The position numbers and the translations under genes were made by a program. Below, in pieces: positions 48,619 through 62,018 of a DNA stretch of 64,000 nt (positions are counted from its first letter, which is position 1; every line of letters begins with the position of its first letter). Origin of the DNA: Nemertoderma westbladi (lineage: Eukaryota; Animalia; Xenacoelomorpha); contig JAUCBJ010007165.1 in NCBI GenBank assembly GCA_032718475.1, forward strand, positions 15,094-79,093. The letters run 5' to 3'. The notes under the pieces were generated by a model. That model saw only the letters and a list, made by a program, of their open reading frames with translations. It had not been told where the DNA came from and did no database searches.

Positions 48619-49736
48619 GTAGGTAAACAACCAGTGATTGGGTTTAAGAGTTTATACTGACTTCTACCTTTCTGAGCTAATGTTATATTATAAAAGACAC
48701 CAATAAATAATAAAGCAACATTTCATTTACTTTATTTCCGTCCAAATTATTAGCTACCCGGAAAATAATAATTGATTTATCTTTATGGTTATTTTTCTAT
48801 AGATTGGTGTTGGTTTAAAAATATTAGACAATATAAAGCTCCTATGCACATGTACAAAAATTACTTACAATAATTAGAGCTTTCAATAACAGTAGGTCTA
48901 TAGTAAACCATGTAGAGTAAGCAACTAGTAAAACCAATATAATTCCGAATATCTACAATATAATAATGATAACAATTTAAATATTAAATTCAAATATTAA
49001 CAAGTTAATATTGCGATACCGGTAGTATAAAATAAGCTAAACTTGATATGAACGTTTATGTTACGTTACTGTAGATTAAAACATCGATACATTCGATAAT
49101 AGTAAGAGATATAGAGAACGCAAAAGCAGTAAAAACCAACATACAATATAATACTTATTTACTAATATTTTTGTTGTACGACGTACGTACAGTGCAATTA
49201 ATACACGTTCGTGGGACCTTCGCCCAGCACGAGAGGCGATGCTATCAGTTTGTGATAAACTAGTTGTAAAATAGAGATCCATTTCAGTTTGCCCTTACAC
49301 ACTTTAACTGTCATTTGTAAACTTTTTAACTAGAGCTATTTAAGTTAATGATGACATTTTTAGTTTTACAATACTCTTCTAATTCTTTTGCCTCGTTGCG
49401 CTCGTTCTGGTTTGTCTCAAAATAATTTTCCTAAACGGAGAATAACAATCTTTATAACTATGCAAAGTCTCAAAACTGTGAGAGTAACTGCTGATTTATG
49501 GCAGATGGATACTCGTATCCACTGTAAACTCGTTGCGTTCGTTCGTTTTTGACCAAACTTGAGATTCTTTCTAAACTTTTGCCGGACTACATACGTACCA
49601 AGTTTCGTTTAATTTCATCAAGGAATAACCGAGTTATTAGCGATCAAAAATTTACGACGACGACGACAGACAACTCGTTAATGGTACCCATATGCTAAGG
49701 CTTCGCTCACTTCGTGGTTTGCCCCACAGTACTACA

Positions 49737-52258
49737 GTTCACCGTGGTTGCCTGTCTCTATGCGGCACTAACCAATCGGTGAAGAGCGTTCACCGTGGTT
49801 GCCTGTCTCTATGCGGCACTAACCAATCGGTGGAGGGCGTTCACCGTTCACCGTGGTTGCCTGTCTCTATGCGGAACTAACCAATCGGTGGAGAGCGTTC
49901 ACCGTGGTTGCCTGTCTCTATGCGGCACTAACCAATCGGTGGAGGGCGTTCACCGTGGTTGCCTGTCTCTATGCGGCACTAACCAATCGGTGGAGGGCGT
50001 TCACCGTTCACCGTGGTTGCCTGTCTCTATGCGGAACTAACCAATCGGTGGAGAGCGTTCACCATGGTTGCCTGTCTCTATGTGGCACTAACCAATCGGT
50101 GAAGAGCGTTCACCGTGGTTGCCTGTCTCTATGTGGCACTAACCAATCGGTGAAGAGCGTTCATCGTGGTTGCCTGTCTCTATGCGGCACTAACCAATCG
50201 GGGAGGGCGTTCAGTTCACCGTGGTTGCCTGTCTCTATGCGGCACTAACCAATCGGTGAAGAGCGTTCACCGTGGTTGCCTGTCTCTATGCGGCACTAAC
50301 CAATCGGTGGAGGGCGTTCACCGTGGTTGCCTGTCTCTATGTGGCACTAACCAATCGGTGAAGAGCGTTCATCGTGGTTGCCTGTCTCTATGCGGCACTA
50401 ACCAATCGGGGAGGGCGTTCAGTTCACCGTGGTTGCCTGTCTCTATGCGGCACTAACCAATCGGTGAAGAGCGTTCACCGTGGTTGCCTGTCTATATGCG
50501 GCACTAACCAATCGGGGCGGGCGTTCACCGTTCACTGTGGTTGCCTGTCTCTATGCCGCACTAACCAATCGGTGAAAGGCGTTCACCGTGGTTGCCTGTC
50601 TGAATGCGGCACTAACCAATCGGTGGAGGGCGTTCACCGTTTACCGTGGTTGCCTGTCTCTATGCGGCACTAACCAATCGGTGGAGAGCGTTCACTGTGG
50701 TTGCCTGTCTCTATGCGGCACTAACCAATCGGTGAAGAGCATTCACCGTGGTTGCCTGTCTCTATGCGGCACTAACCAATCGGGGCGGGCGTTCACCGTT
50801 CACTGTGGTTGCCTGTCTCTATGCCGCACTAACCAATCGGTGAAGGGCGTTCACCGTGGTTGCCTGTCTGAATGCGGCACTAACCAATCGGTGGAGGGCG
50901 TTCACCGTTCACCGTGTTTGCTTGTCTCTATGTGGCACTAACCAATCGGTGGAGGGCGTTCACCGTTTACCGTGGTTGCCTGTCTCTATGCGGCACTAAC
51001 CAATCGGTGGAGAGCGTTCACTGTGGTTGCCTGTCTCTATGCGGCACTAACCAATCGGTGAAGAGCATTCACCGTGGTTGCCTGTCTGAATGCGGCACTA
51101 ACCAATCGGTGGAGGGCGTTCACCGTTTACCGTGGTTGCCTGTCTCTATGCGGCACTAACCAATCGGTGGAGAGCGTTCACTGTGGTTGCCTGTCTCTAT
51201 GCGGCACTAACCAATCGGTGAAGAGCATTCACCGTGGTTGCCTGTCTCTATGCGGCACTAACCAATCGGTGAAGAGCGTTCACCGTTCACCGTGGTTGCC
51301 TGTCTCTATGTGGCACTAACCAATTGGTGAAGAGCGTTCATCGTGGTTGCCTGTCTCTATGCGGCACTAACCAATCGGGGAGGGCGTTCACCGTGGTTGC
51401 CTGTCTCCTCTATGCGGCACTAACCAATCGGTGAAGGGCGTTCACCGTGTTTGCCTGTCTCTATATGCGGCACTAACCAATCGGTGGAGGGCGTTCACCG
51501 TTCACCGTGGTTGCCTGTCTCTATGTGGCACTAACCAATCGGTGAAGAGCGTTCACCGTGGTTGCCTGTCTCTATGTGGCACTAACCAATCGGTGAAGGG
51601 CGTTCACCGAGGTTGCCTGTCTCTATGTGGCACTAACCAATCGGGGAGGGCGTTCACCGTGGTTGCCTGTCTCTATGCGGCAATAACCAATCGGTGAAGG
51701 GCGTTCACCGTGTTTGCCTGTCTCTATATGTGGCACTAACCAATCGGTGGAGGGCGTTCACCGTTCACCGTGGTTGCCTGTCTCTATGTGGCACTAACCA
51801 ATCGGTGAAGAGCATTCACCGTGGTTGCCTGGCTCTATGCGGTACTAACCAATAGGTGAAGGGCGTTCACCGAGGTTGCCTGTCTCTATGTGGCACTAAC
51901 CAATCGAGGAGGGCGTTTACCGTGGTTGCCTGTCTCTATGCGGCACTAACCAATCGGGGAGGGCGTTCACCGTGGTTGCCTGTCTCTATGCGGCACTAAC
52001 CAATAGGTGAAGGGCGTTCACCGAGGTTGCCTGTCTCTATGTGGCACTAACCAATCGAGGAGGGCGTTTACCGTGGTTGCCTGTCTCTATGCGGCACTAA
52101 CCAATCGGTGGAGGGCGTTCACCGTTCACCGTGGTTGCCTGTCTGTATGTGAAACTAACCAATCGGTGGAGGGCTTTCACCGTGGTTGCATGTCTCTATG
52201 CGGCACTAACCAATCGGTGGAGGGCGTTCACCGTGGATGGGTGGTTGCCTGTCTCTAT
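49737..52258. repeat. 51-bp (variants 58-bp) intronic satellite, about 47 copies, inside the UPF2 intron 48619-52276
   Basis: Unit caccgtggttgcctgtctctatgcggcactaaccaatcggtgaagagcgtt. Confidence 0.97.
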
Positions 52259-52276
52259 TTTCTCGTTATTGTTTAG

Positions 52277-53017
52277 GCGTCGTTCGGTTCCGATGAGGGA
52301 CATCATCTCAACCGGATATCGGAGAGCGAAGAAGAAGTAGCAGAGCCTGTTGTGGAGGAGGACCAGGCCCAGACGCTGGCCGAACTCAAGGCAGACCTCT
52401 ACGCTATAGACGAGGACGACGACGAGGCAGAGGACCTAGCAGAGAACCGGGGGACCCGTCGGCAGACTGGCGTTGAGACTGAGTCCGCAGACACCCTAAC
52501 CGACGGGGAGACAGTGCTGCGGAAGCCGTTGGAACTGGAACCCCCCAGTAAAGAGGACGAGGAATTCTTAGCCGCCTTCGAGAAAACAATAAGCGACAAC
52601 CTACAGCAACGGAGTGTAGAGTCGAGTAAACTCCCGTTAGTCGACTTGATCCCCCCGCCGCCCAGCAAAGCAAAGCCCGAGGCGCCACCCAGCGACGGCG
52701 ATATGAACTTCTCGCTCCTCGTTAAACGCGGAAACAAAACGCAACTCCAGAAGCTCAAAGTCCCGGTGAACTGCGATCTCGTTGCCAACATCCTTAGCAA
52801 CCGGGAGGCGGAGCGGCGGGAACGGAGCGTAGTCAAGCAGCTCACCCTGGACATAACGGAGAGGCAAGAGCAGGAGGAGGACCAGGAGCTGCTGCGCCCG
52901 ATGCAACGCCCCCTAGCGAGCACCAGACAGCAGCAGAGCGACAACCGGCCCCGATACGTTCATCCCAAAGGCGCTCCAAATGTGGAACACATATTCGGTA
53001 GCGGAAGGAAACGGTGA
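52277..53017 (+). CDS. UPF2: UPF2 exon 2 (acidic linker and UPF1-binding C-terminal domain); spliced protein about 1171 aa
   Basis: tttAG|GCG phase-0 acceptor; EDEEFLAAFEK, FSLLVKRGNKTQLQKLKVP, ERRERSVVKQLTLDITERQEQE, HPKGAPNVEHIF. Confidence 0.93.
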   Translation, partial: ASFGSDEGHHLNRISESEEEVAEPVVEEDQAQTLAELKADLYAIDEDDDEAEDLAENRGTRRQTGVETESADTLTDGETVLRKPLELEPPSKEDEEFLAAFEKTISDNLQQRSVESSKLPLVDLIPPPPSKAKPEAPPSDGDMNFSLLVKRGNKTQLQKLKVPVNCDLVANILSNREAERRERSVVKQLTLDITERQEQEEDQELLRPMQRPLASTRQQQSDNRPRYVHPKGAPNVEHIFGSGRKR

Positions 53018-53024
53018 TGTTGAA

Positions 53025-53735
53025 CCATTGGAACTGGGATTAACGTGGTCGGAAACGATTGGAAATAGTTAACTGATGTTGTCGCTGTCGGAATGGAATG
53101 GGAGTGGTTTTGCTGTGGCGGGACCGATCGGAACTGGTTCTGCTTTTGCGGAATGGAATGGAACTAGTTATGCCGTGGCGGGATCGATTGGAACTGGTTC
53201 TGCTGTTGTCGGGACCGATTGGAACTGGTTCTGTTTTTTACGGAATGGGATGGAACTGGTTATGCCGTGGCGGGACCGATTGGAACTGGTTCTGCTTTTT
53301 CGGAATATAATGGAACTCTTTCTGCTGTTGCCGGGTCCGATTGGAACTGGTTCTGCTGTTGCCGGGTCCGATTGGAACTGGTTCTGCGGTTGTCGGGACC
53401 GATTGGAACTGGTTCTGCGGTTGTCGGGACCGATTGGAACTGGTTCTGTTTTTTGCGGAATGGGATGGAACTGGTTATGCCGTGGCGGGACCGATTGGAA
53501 CTGGTTCTGCTTTTTCGGAATATAATGGAACTGTTTCTGCTGTTGCCGGGTCCGATTGGAACTGGTTCTGCGGTTGTCGGGACCGATTGGAACTGGTTCT
53601 GTTTTTTGCGGAATGGGATGGAACTGGTTATACCGTGGCGGGACCGATTTGAACTGGTTCTACTTTTGTCGGAATCGTATGGAACTGGTTATGCCGTGGT
53701 CGGAATGGGTTTGAACTGTTGGGAACTGGTTCTGT
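53025..53735. repeat. About 31-bp degenerate tandem repeat immediately after the UPF2 stop (3'UTR)
   Basis: ggaactggttct core recurs about 20 times. Confidence 0.9.
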
Positions 53736-54349
53736 CGTTCCAAGTCCAACACACCGCTATTCCTTACAAACCTCTACCTCTGATCTGAGGTGTCCATTAT
53801 CGTAGAATTGAGTTTCATCAGCTTTTCGTATTCGAAGAAACTGCTTCAAAGATTAACGGAATTCGTGGAAATGATGATTAAACCGGCGCCGTCCTACAAT
53901 ATTGATTAATTCATTGAACTCGTGTAAAATTAACAAAGTAACTACTAATACTGAAAGAGTAGCTGGTTTGGCGATGGATGTTTAAAAGACGATTGTCAAC
54001 TATTCTAACTCACCTGTTTAACATCTGACACGCTCTTAACGATATTTGTTATCGCAATGTCTATAATTTGATTTAATCAACAATAATTACCTTATTGTTA
54101 TGTATTGATGCGGGATGGTAAACTCTGGTAAAATTATAAACTAAATTAATTAATAATAAATTTATATTTCAGTTATAAAAATATACTATAACTCCATATG
54201 ACGACGCCGGAACCGCTAAAATATATTATGGCAAGGTGTCCTAAATAATAGTTTAGGTCGGCATCATATTTAAAGTGGATTTGTAATTGTATGTCATCAA
54301 TATAAGAATGTCCTAGAACTGTTTCAGCTTAGATATTCGAACTGCTATA

Positions 54350-54725
54350 ATGGCGCCAATGTGTCACCGCTCCAGCCAGGATTGAGAAGAACTCAGTTTC
54401 ACCATCTGGTGAGAGTACTTGACACAGTTCACTGTGTCAAGTATAATGCACACATCTCCAACCAGACACTATATAACATTGGAGGTGTCTCGTTTGTTCC
54501 CCCAAGCTTGACAAAATAACAAAGCTGCCTCCGCTTTGCAGGACATTGCTTTCGCTGTGAGGACCAGCCTGTGCACAATCTTGTGCTTTGGCAGCCCCAT
54601 GCAGAAAATAAGTATGGTGGGCAGCCCATGACTTTTGTGAGGCGCATCTTAAAGGACACAAAGTTATGTGTGATAGGGAGTTATGGCGGTGCAACTTTGT
54701 TGATAAGCCGACATAGCATTCTTAA
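54350..54725. mobile_element. Two abutting RTE fragments (minus-strand RT piece 54350-54422, plus-strand 3' end 54425-54725)
   Basis: Minus strand gives VLSPDGETEFFSILAG..GDTLAP; the plus piece matches 262-586 with an internal deletion. Confidence 0.8.
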
Positions 54726-55054
54726 TCGCTGCATTGGGTTTGCCAATTGTGGATTGAATGGTGGTGACAAAATATTTTTGTTAAGCCGACATAACATGTC
54801 AACGTGCAGATTCAATGCAGTAGGCCAATTAATTCTAGTAATAGTATAGAGTACCTGAGCTTCTGTGTCACAATGGGGTGAGTAGAAAACGGAGACCGGA
54901 GATGGGAGACCCCCCAAGTACAAAAGGGAGACCCCCCCCCCCCCCCCCCAAGTACAAAAGGGAGACCCCCCAAGTACACCCCCACCCCCCCCCCCCCCCA
55001 ATTTTGGACAATTATTTTATTATTAATTATCACAATTTTCATATTTTCAATTTT

Positions 55055-56290
55055 CACGAATCTATAAATTCCAGGGTTATGATCGCAACATTTGATGGGA
55101 ATCCCATGGCAACAGTTATATGTTGCTACAGTCCAACCAATGCCTCAGAGCCAGAACAAGCAGTCAAGTTTTATGAAGAACTGACTGGACTTATACAGGA
55201 CATTCCGAAACACAATGTTAAAGTCATTGCTGGTGACCTGAATGCCCAAATTGGCCCAGAAGACATCAAGGGTTACACCTATAACACCAGTTCTAACAGA
55301 AATGGGTACTTACTTTTAGACCTAATGGAAGAATGTGAATTGATACCAACAAACAACACATTCGAAAAGAGTAAGGGGAAGCTATGGACCTTTCAATACC
55401 CTAATGGAACCAAAGCACAACTGGATTACATCCTCATAAACAAAAAGTGGAGAAACAGCATGATCAACTGCGAGGCATACAGCTCGTTCAACCTAATTGG
55501 TTCGGACCACAGAATTGTGACTGCAGAGATCAGACTCAGTTTGAGAGCCAGCAAACCCAGGACAAGCAAGCATATCAACTATGACTGGGAGAAACTCAGA
55601 ACTGACAATGCTGTAAAGGATGCTTATACAGTAGAAGTTCAAAACCGCTTTGAAGCACTTCAGTCAATGGATGAAGACCAATCCACCGATTCAATATACC
55701 AGAATATAATAACAGCCCACAAGGAATCAGCTAAGAGGCATATCCCCCAGAAACCTAAACGAAAACAGTATGTGCCATGGCAAAACTCTGAGGTTACTTG
55801 TAAGAGAGAAGATTAAAACCGAACAACCAACAACCGAAAACATTAACAAGGTTGAGAAAGCGAAGGACGATCTTAAATTGGCCTACAACATCAGCCAGGA
55901 AAAGTACATACAGGATAAAACTGAAGCAATTACAACAGCTCACATACAGCAACAATCAAGACTTACCTGGCAAACTGTAAATGAGGTATCTGGTCGGAAA
56001 AGTTGTGCAAAGGGGCGCCTCAAAGCCGATAGACCTGAAGAACGTGTTGGGAAGTGGAAAAATCACTTCAGCAACTTGCTTGGGCAGCCACCAAACATCG
56101 AGGTCAGCCCTACAAGGAAAATATATGACAAGACACTACCTATAGAAACAGGGGACTTCACACCTGCCGAACTCCAAAGAAGCATTAAAAGCATGTCCAA
56201 TAATAAAGCGAGTGGATTAGATGAAATCCCAGCGGAGGTATGGAAAACCGGAGTGCTAAACAGACCATTATTGAATGTTTGCAACCTAAA
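55055..56290 (+). mobile_element. RTE LINE fragment: AP endonuclease, linker and start of RT; frameshifted near 55810, 3'-truncated
   Basis: CYSPTN, AGDLNAQIG, NRNG, WTF, QLDYIL, SDH, then KASGLDEIPAEVWK. Confidence 0.92.
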
Positions 56291-56604
56291 TCTTTCCAAA
56301 TTCCAAAAACTTAAAATTAAGAATTGACACACTACTGGACTGTTGAACTACTTCGTGATAATTATTGTTTTAAATGTTTGGATGTGAAGATAATAAAATC
56401 GAAGTTAGGCAATCTTGGAGATGCCATGTTTTATATATCCATAAATTCTAGAAAAATTTTTGCCGGTCTTGTAGTGGCAACTACAGCTGGGAATGAGGCA
56501 GGGTTAACTTTTGATGTTCAGCCACACAAAAATAGGAAACATGGTAGCATTCCTTTCTTTCCAATGCAAAAAGTGTTCTAAATGTAATGAAGCAAGGACT
56601 AGAG

Positions 56605-59400
56605 TACTTGGGGGGGGTCTCCCTTTTGTACTTGGGGGGGGGGGTCTCCCTTTTGTACTTGGGGGGGTCTCCCTTTTGTACTTGGGGGGTCTCCCTTTTG
56701 TACTTGGGGGGTCTCCCTTTTGTACTTGGGGGGTCTCCCTTTTGTACTTGGGGGGTCTCCCTTTTGTACTTGGGGGGGGGGGGGGGTCTCCCTTTTGTAC
56801 TTGGGGGGTCTCCCTTTTCTACTTGGGGGGGTCTCCCTTTTGTACTTGGGGGGTCTCCCTTTTGTACTTGGGGGGTCTCCCTTTTGTACTTGGGGGGGGG
56901 GGGGTCTCCCTTTTGTACTTGGGGGGGTCTCCCTTTTGTACTTGGGGGGTCTCCCTTTTGTACTTGGGGGGGGGTCTCCCTTTTGTACTTGGGGGGTCTC
57001 CCTTTTGTACTTGGGGGGTCTCCCTTTTGTACTTGGGGGGGGTCTCCCTTTTGTACTTGGGGGGTCTCCCTTTTGTACTTGGGGGGTCTCCCTTTTGTAC
57101 TTGGGGGGTCTCCCTTTTGTACTTGGGGGGGTCTCCCTTTTGTACTTGGGGGGTCTCCCTTTTGTACTTGGGGGGTCTCCCTTTTGTACTTGGGGGGGGG
57201 GTCTCCCTTTTGTACTTGGGGGGTCTCCCTTTTGTACTTGGGGGGTCTCCCTTTTGTACTTGGGGGGGGGGGTCTCCCTTTTGTACTTGGGGGGGGGGGG
57301 TCTCCCTTTTGTACTTGGGGGGGGGGGGTCTCCCTTTTGTACTTGGGGGGTCTCCCTTTTGTACTTGGGGGTCTCCCTTTTCTACTTGGGGGGGTCTCCC
57401 TTTTCTACTTGGGGGGTCTCCCTTTTGTACTTGGGTGGTCTCCCTTTTGTACTTGGGGGGTCTCCCTTTTGTACTTGGGGGGTCTCCCTTTTGTACTTGG
57501 GTGGTCTCCCTTTTGTACTTGGGGGGTCTCCCTTTTGTACTTGGGGGGTCTCCCTTTTGTACTTGGGGGTCTCCCTTTTGTACTTGGGGGGTCTCCCTTT
57601 TGTACTTGGGGGGTCTCCCTTTTGTACTTGGGGGGTCTCCCTTTTGTACTTGGGGTGTCTCCCTTTTGTACTTGGGGGGGGGGTCTCCCTTTTGTACTTG
57701 GGGGGGTCTCCCTTTTGTACTTGGGGGGTCTCCCTTTTGTACTTGGGGGGTCTCCCTTTTGTACTTGGGGGGTCTCCCTTTTGTACTTGGGGGGTCTCCC
57801 TTTTGTACTTGGTGTGTCTCCCTTTTGTACTTGGGGGGGGGGTCTCCCTTTTGTACTTGGGGGGGTCTCCCTTTTGTACTTGGGGGGTCTCCCTTTTGTA
57901 CTTGGGGGGTCTCCCTTTTGTACTTGGGGGGTCTCCCTTTTGTACTTGGTGTGTCTCCCTTTTGTACTTGGGGGGGGGGGGTCTCCCTTTTGTACTTGGT
58001 GTGTCTCCCTTTTGTACTTGGGGGCTCTCCCTTTTGTACTTGGGGGGTCTCCCTTTTGTACTTGGGGGGTCTCCCTTTTGTACTTGGGGGGTCTCCCTTT
58101 TGTACTTTGGGGGGTCTCCCTTTTGTACTTGGGGGGTCTCCCTTTTGTACTTTGGGGGGTCTCCCTTTTGTACTTGGGGGGTCTCCCTTTTGTACTTCGG
58201 GGGGTCTCCCTTTTGTACTTGGGGGGGGGGGGTCTCCCTTTTGTACTTGGGGGGTCTCCCTTTTGGTACTTGGGGGGTCTCCCTTTTGTACTTGGGGGGG
58301 TCTCCCTTTTGTACTTGGGGGGTCTCCCTTTTGTACTTGGTGTGTCTCCCTTTTGTACTTGGGGGGGGGGGGGGTCTCCCTTTTGTACTTGGTGTGTCTC
58401 CCTTTTGTACTTGGGGGCTCTCCCTTTTGTACTTGGGGGGTCTCCCTTTTGTACTTGGGGGGTCTCCCTTTTGTACTTGGGGGTCTCCCTTTTGTACTTT
58501 GGGGGGTCTCCCTTTTGTACTTGGGGGGTCTCCCTTTTGTACTTTGGGGGGTCTCCCTTTTGTACTTGGGGGGTCTCCCTTTTGTACTTGGGGGGTCTCC
58601 CTTTTGTACTTGGGGGGGGGGTCTCCCTTTTGTACTTGGGGGGTCTCCCTTTTGTACTTGGGGGGTCTCCCTTTTGTACTTGGTGTGTCTCCCTTTTGTA
58701 CTTGGGGGGGGGGGGGGTCTCCCTTTTGTACTTGGTGTGTCTCCCTTTTGTACTTGGGGGCTCTCCCTTTTGTACTTGGGGGGTCTCCCTTTTGTACTTG
58801 GGGGGTCTCCCTTTTGTACTTGGGGGGTCTCCCTTTTGTACTTTGGGGGGTCTCCCTTTTGTACTTGGGGGGTCTCCCTTTTGTACTTTGGGGGGTCTCC
58901 CTTTTGTACTTGGGGGGTCTCCCTTTTGTACTTGGGGGGTCTCCCTTTTCTACTTGGGGGGGTCTCCCTTTTGTACTTGGGGGGTCTCCCTTTTGTACTT
59001 GGGGGGTCTCCCTTTTGTACTTGGGGGGTCTCCCTTTTGTACTTGGTGTGTCTCCCTTTTGTACTTGGGGGGGGGGGGGGTCTCCCTTTTGTACTTGGTG
59101 TGTCTCCCTTTTGTACTTGGGGGCTCTCCCTTTTGTACTTGGGGGGTCTCCCTTTTGTACTTGGGGGGTCTCCCTTTTGTACTTGGGGGGTCTCCCTTTT
59201 GTACTTTGGGGGGTCTCCCTTTTGTACTTGGGGGGTCTCCCTTTTGTACTTTGGGGGGTCTCCCTTTTGTACTTGGGGGGTCTCCCTTTTGTACTTGGGG
59301 GGTCTCCCTTTTCTACTTGGGGGGGTCTCCCTTTTGTACTTGGGGGGTCTCCCTTTTGTACTTGGGGGGTCTCCCTTTTGTACTTGGGCGGGTCTCCCTT
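56605..59400. repeat. G-tract satellite (G5-13)tctcccttttgtactt, about 120 units; short inverted copy at 54904-54978
   Basis: Directly visible. The long ORFs here are artefacts of a stop-free repeat. Confidence 0.98.
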
Positions 59401-59964
59401 TGGCATTTGCTTTGTCATTTTTCAGGATTTTACCTCTATGGATGGAGTCGAATACTTTCTTTTAAGTCCACAACAGTCAGTCAGAAACTTATCTAAATTA
59501 ATTGATGTTTTGCACACTTGTATACAATAGATGGGAAAAAAATTTCAAAAAAATTTCAAAACATTTTTATCGAAATTTTAAATTTTTTACCTATAATTAA
59601 CATAATTTATGCAATTATTTTTTAAAATGAAAAGGCTTTTTTTAGAGGGGTTGTCATCAAGTGCCCAAAATTTCATCATTTGTGCAGAATGACATGCTAG
59701 ATCGACCCTATGACCAGAATTTTGATAAATGCTCATGTTTAAAAATTATTTTAAAAAAAACTGTTTTTTTGCGATATTTTTGACAGATTTTTCCATTTTT
59801 GACCAAAAATTGATGCATTTTGTTAAATATTTCAGCTGCAACAAAGAAAATTAAAAAAGTGGTCATAGGGGGTGTTGCAGCGCCCATTCACCATTCATGC
59901 CAAATTTTACATTTATGCCTAATTTAATTAAAGTCTGCCCATTGTAATGTTGGAATGCACACAA

Positions 59965-60690
59965 CCTAGCTGAAAATTTTGATACAAGGGTTTTCTGGGT
60001 CGGTGATTTCATTTCTAAAGTCAGTTTTCCCATTTAACTGAGTCATGTCTGTCTGAATTGCTGTCTGTCTGTCCGTTAATATATAACCGACCGCTGAACA
60101 GAGAAACAGACAACGTGGATGACGTGACATGAAAACTAACATCGCAAATGAAATCAGCACAGTTGAAAACCCTCATAACAAGATTTTTATTTAGTTGGTA
60201 TGTCTTCCTATTACTTTGACAGGTAGATCTCTGGACAGACTGAAAAACCGACAGACAGACATACAGACAGAGTACGATTTGTTAAAAGTGAAAACTGTCG
60301 TCAGAAATGGATTTGGCAACCGGAACGGGGATAACCCCCATAACTAAACTTTTAGATAGATTGCATGCGTTCCTTATATTTTGACAGACGGACATACAGA
60401 CATACCGACAGGCAGACATAATAGACTTCTCTAAATATGAAAACTGACATCGGAATTGAAATCAGCGACCAGGAAAACCACAACCAAACATTTTTAGCTT
60501 GATGGTATGATGTCCTTATATTTTGACAGTCAGATTTTGACGGACAGGCAGACTGACAGACAGACATAATGGTTTTCGTTAAAAGTGAAAACTGCGTTTG
60601 GAATGATATCAGCGACCATGAAAACCCATGTAACAAAAATTTTAGCTAAGATGATTGCTTTTGTTATATTTTGACAGACAAACAGTCAGA
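59965..60690. repeat. Degenerate about 150-bp repeats with (GACA)n microsatellites, HINE/Helentron-like
   Basis: gaaatcagcgacc..gaaaacc..aac..aatttttagct at about 60150, 60305, 60457 and 60605, plus an inverted copy at 59965-60075. Confidence 0.55.
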
Positions 60691-60874
60691 AACACAATCC
60701 CAGGCGGACACTTACACAGAGTAAGGTTAACATTATCACTCATAACTTTTGAACTACAATAGCTTTTAACAAACGGTTTGAAGTTTTGAAATCCTCACTA
60801 CAGGGGATTGTAATTGAAAAAAAAAATTTCTGCTGAATTAGTGAACCCCCCCCCCCCCCCCCCCCCCCCCCCCT

Positions 60875-60970
60875 TAAATCAAATAAACCAACATTATTTA
60901 CCTATTTAAATCAAATAAAGCAACATTATTTACCTATTTAAATCAAATAAAGCAACATTATTTACCTATT
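60875..60970. repeat. 32-bp tandem repeat x3 next to a poly-C tract
   Basis: ttaaatcaaataaagcaacattatttacctat. Confidence 0.9.
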
Positions 60971-62018
60971 ATTATATAACTACTTAAAGGTACTATTATT
61001 TTAGCAATTCGACTAAGTGAAGGCAAATAATAATAGGACTAATAATATTGATTAATTAAAACAATTTAATTACATAAAATATAATGTCACCAGCAACATT
61101 AAATGGCCTGATAGAAAAGCGAAAAACAATCAAACAATTAGGCCTAGATAACTTGTAAAACCCCAAAATAAACAAAACAAAGGATAACTCAAGTTGAATG
61201 AAAAATTACTTAAAAATTCAAAAATTTTACATTTTTCGTAAAATATCGAAACTATCGCTTAGTGATTTATATTTTCCGATATTGATCAAACCTAATACAA
61301 GATAAGGTAATGAAAAGAATGTAACAATTCTATGCAATATTTGTTTTAAAATTCATTTATTTAAAAAATTATGATTGGATTTTTATAAACCATGTGCTGC
61401 AACGAGGTCGGGGTAATGGTGTCTCCATTTCATCAATAATCACATACATCCCGCTCCTGGGACGCAGCGTCTAGAGTTCTACGAATTATATTGTAATTCA
61501 CCCTTTGCTTCTACACAGCCTGCTTGCCTACCATTAAAGCGAGCGTATATAGAACACAGAGACGGGCAACTTAACACCTACGCACCGGGCTGCAGTTAAT
61601 ATATTGCTAATTAAGTCCTCCCCTTTTGCAGAATGTCCAGACGTTTTTCTGAAAAATAGATTTAAATTAATTTGCCAACTGTCAACTAATAGCAAGCAAA
61701 GCTGCACAGACGGCTAGACACACCCACTCCTCACGACCATAATGCAGGACTTCTGAGAGAGAGAAATATGTTCGGTTCGACAAAGAAGTTGTACTGATAA
61801 TGAATGAATCACAATACAACTATAACATCATAATATGTGCACGCGCTATGTGATGATAAACTAGCCCTGTATGAGGCTGATTGTATTGCATTGTTTTTAA
61901 AAACTAGAGTAGATATATGATCTAAAAATAAACATACATGTTTCTTATCTTAACACCCAAAATGCCAGAATTTCGAGTACTAGTTAGATTTATGCAATTA
62001 GAAAGACCGGAATATAGT

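Noticed and set aside
49692-52340. Many Cys-rich ORFs (HRGCLSLCGTNQSV)
   Set aside because: Satellite translations inside the UPF2 intron.
53076-53788. Overlapping ORFs after UPF2
   Set aside because: Repeat-derived and open in several frames; most likely 3'UTR.
54350-54725. Twin-priming 5' inversion of a single LINE
   Set aside because: The inverted RT piece (ETEFFSILAG) matches the 28.6-kb subfamily, while the 3' piece matches the 1-632/10.3-kb family (DTEPFEVLWG). Independent fragments are more likely.
56511-59530. 680-980-aa ORFs on both strands
   Set aside because: They are translations of a stop-free 22-bp repeat with random G-run frameshifts.
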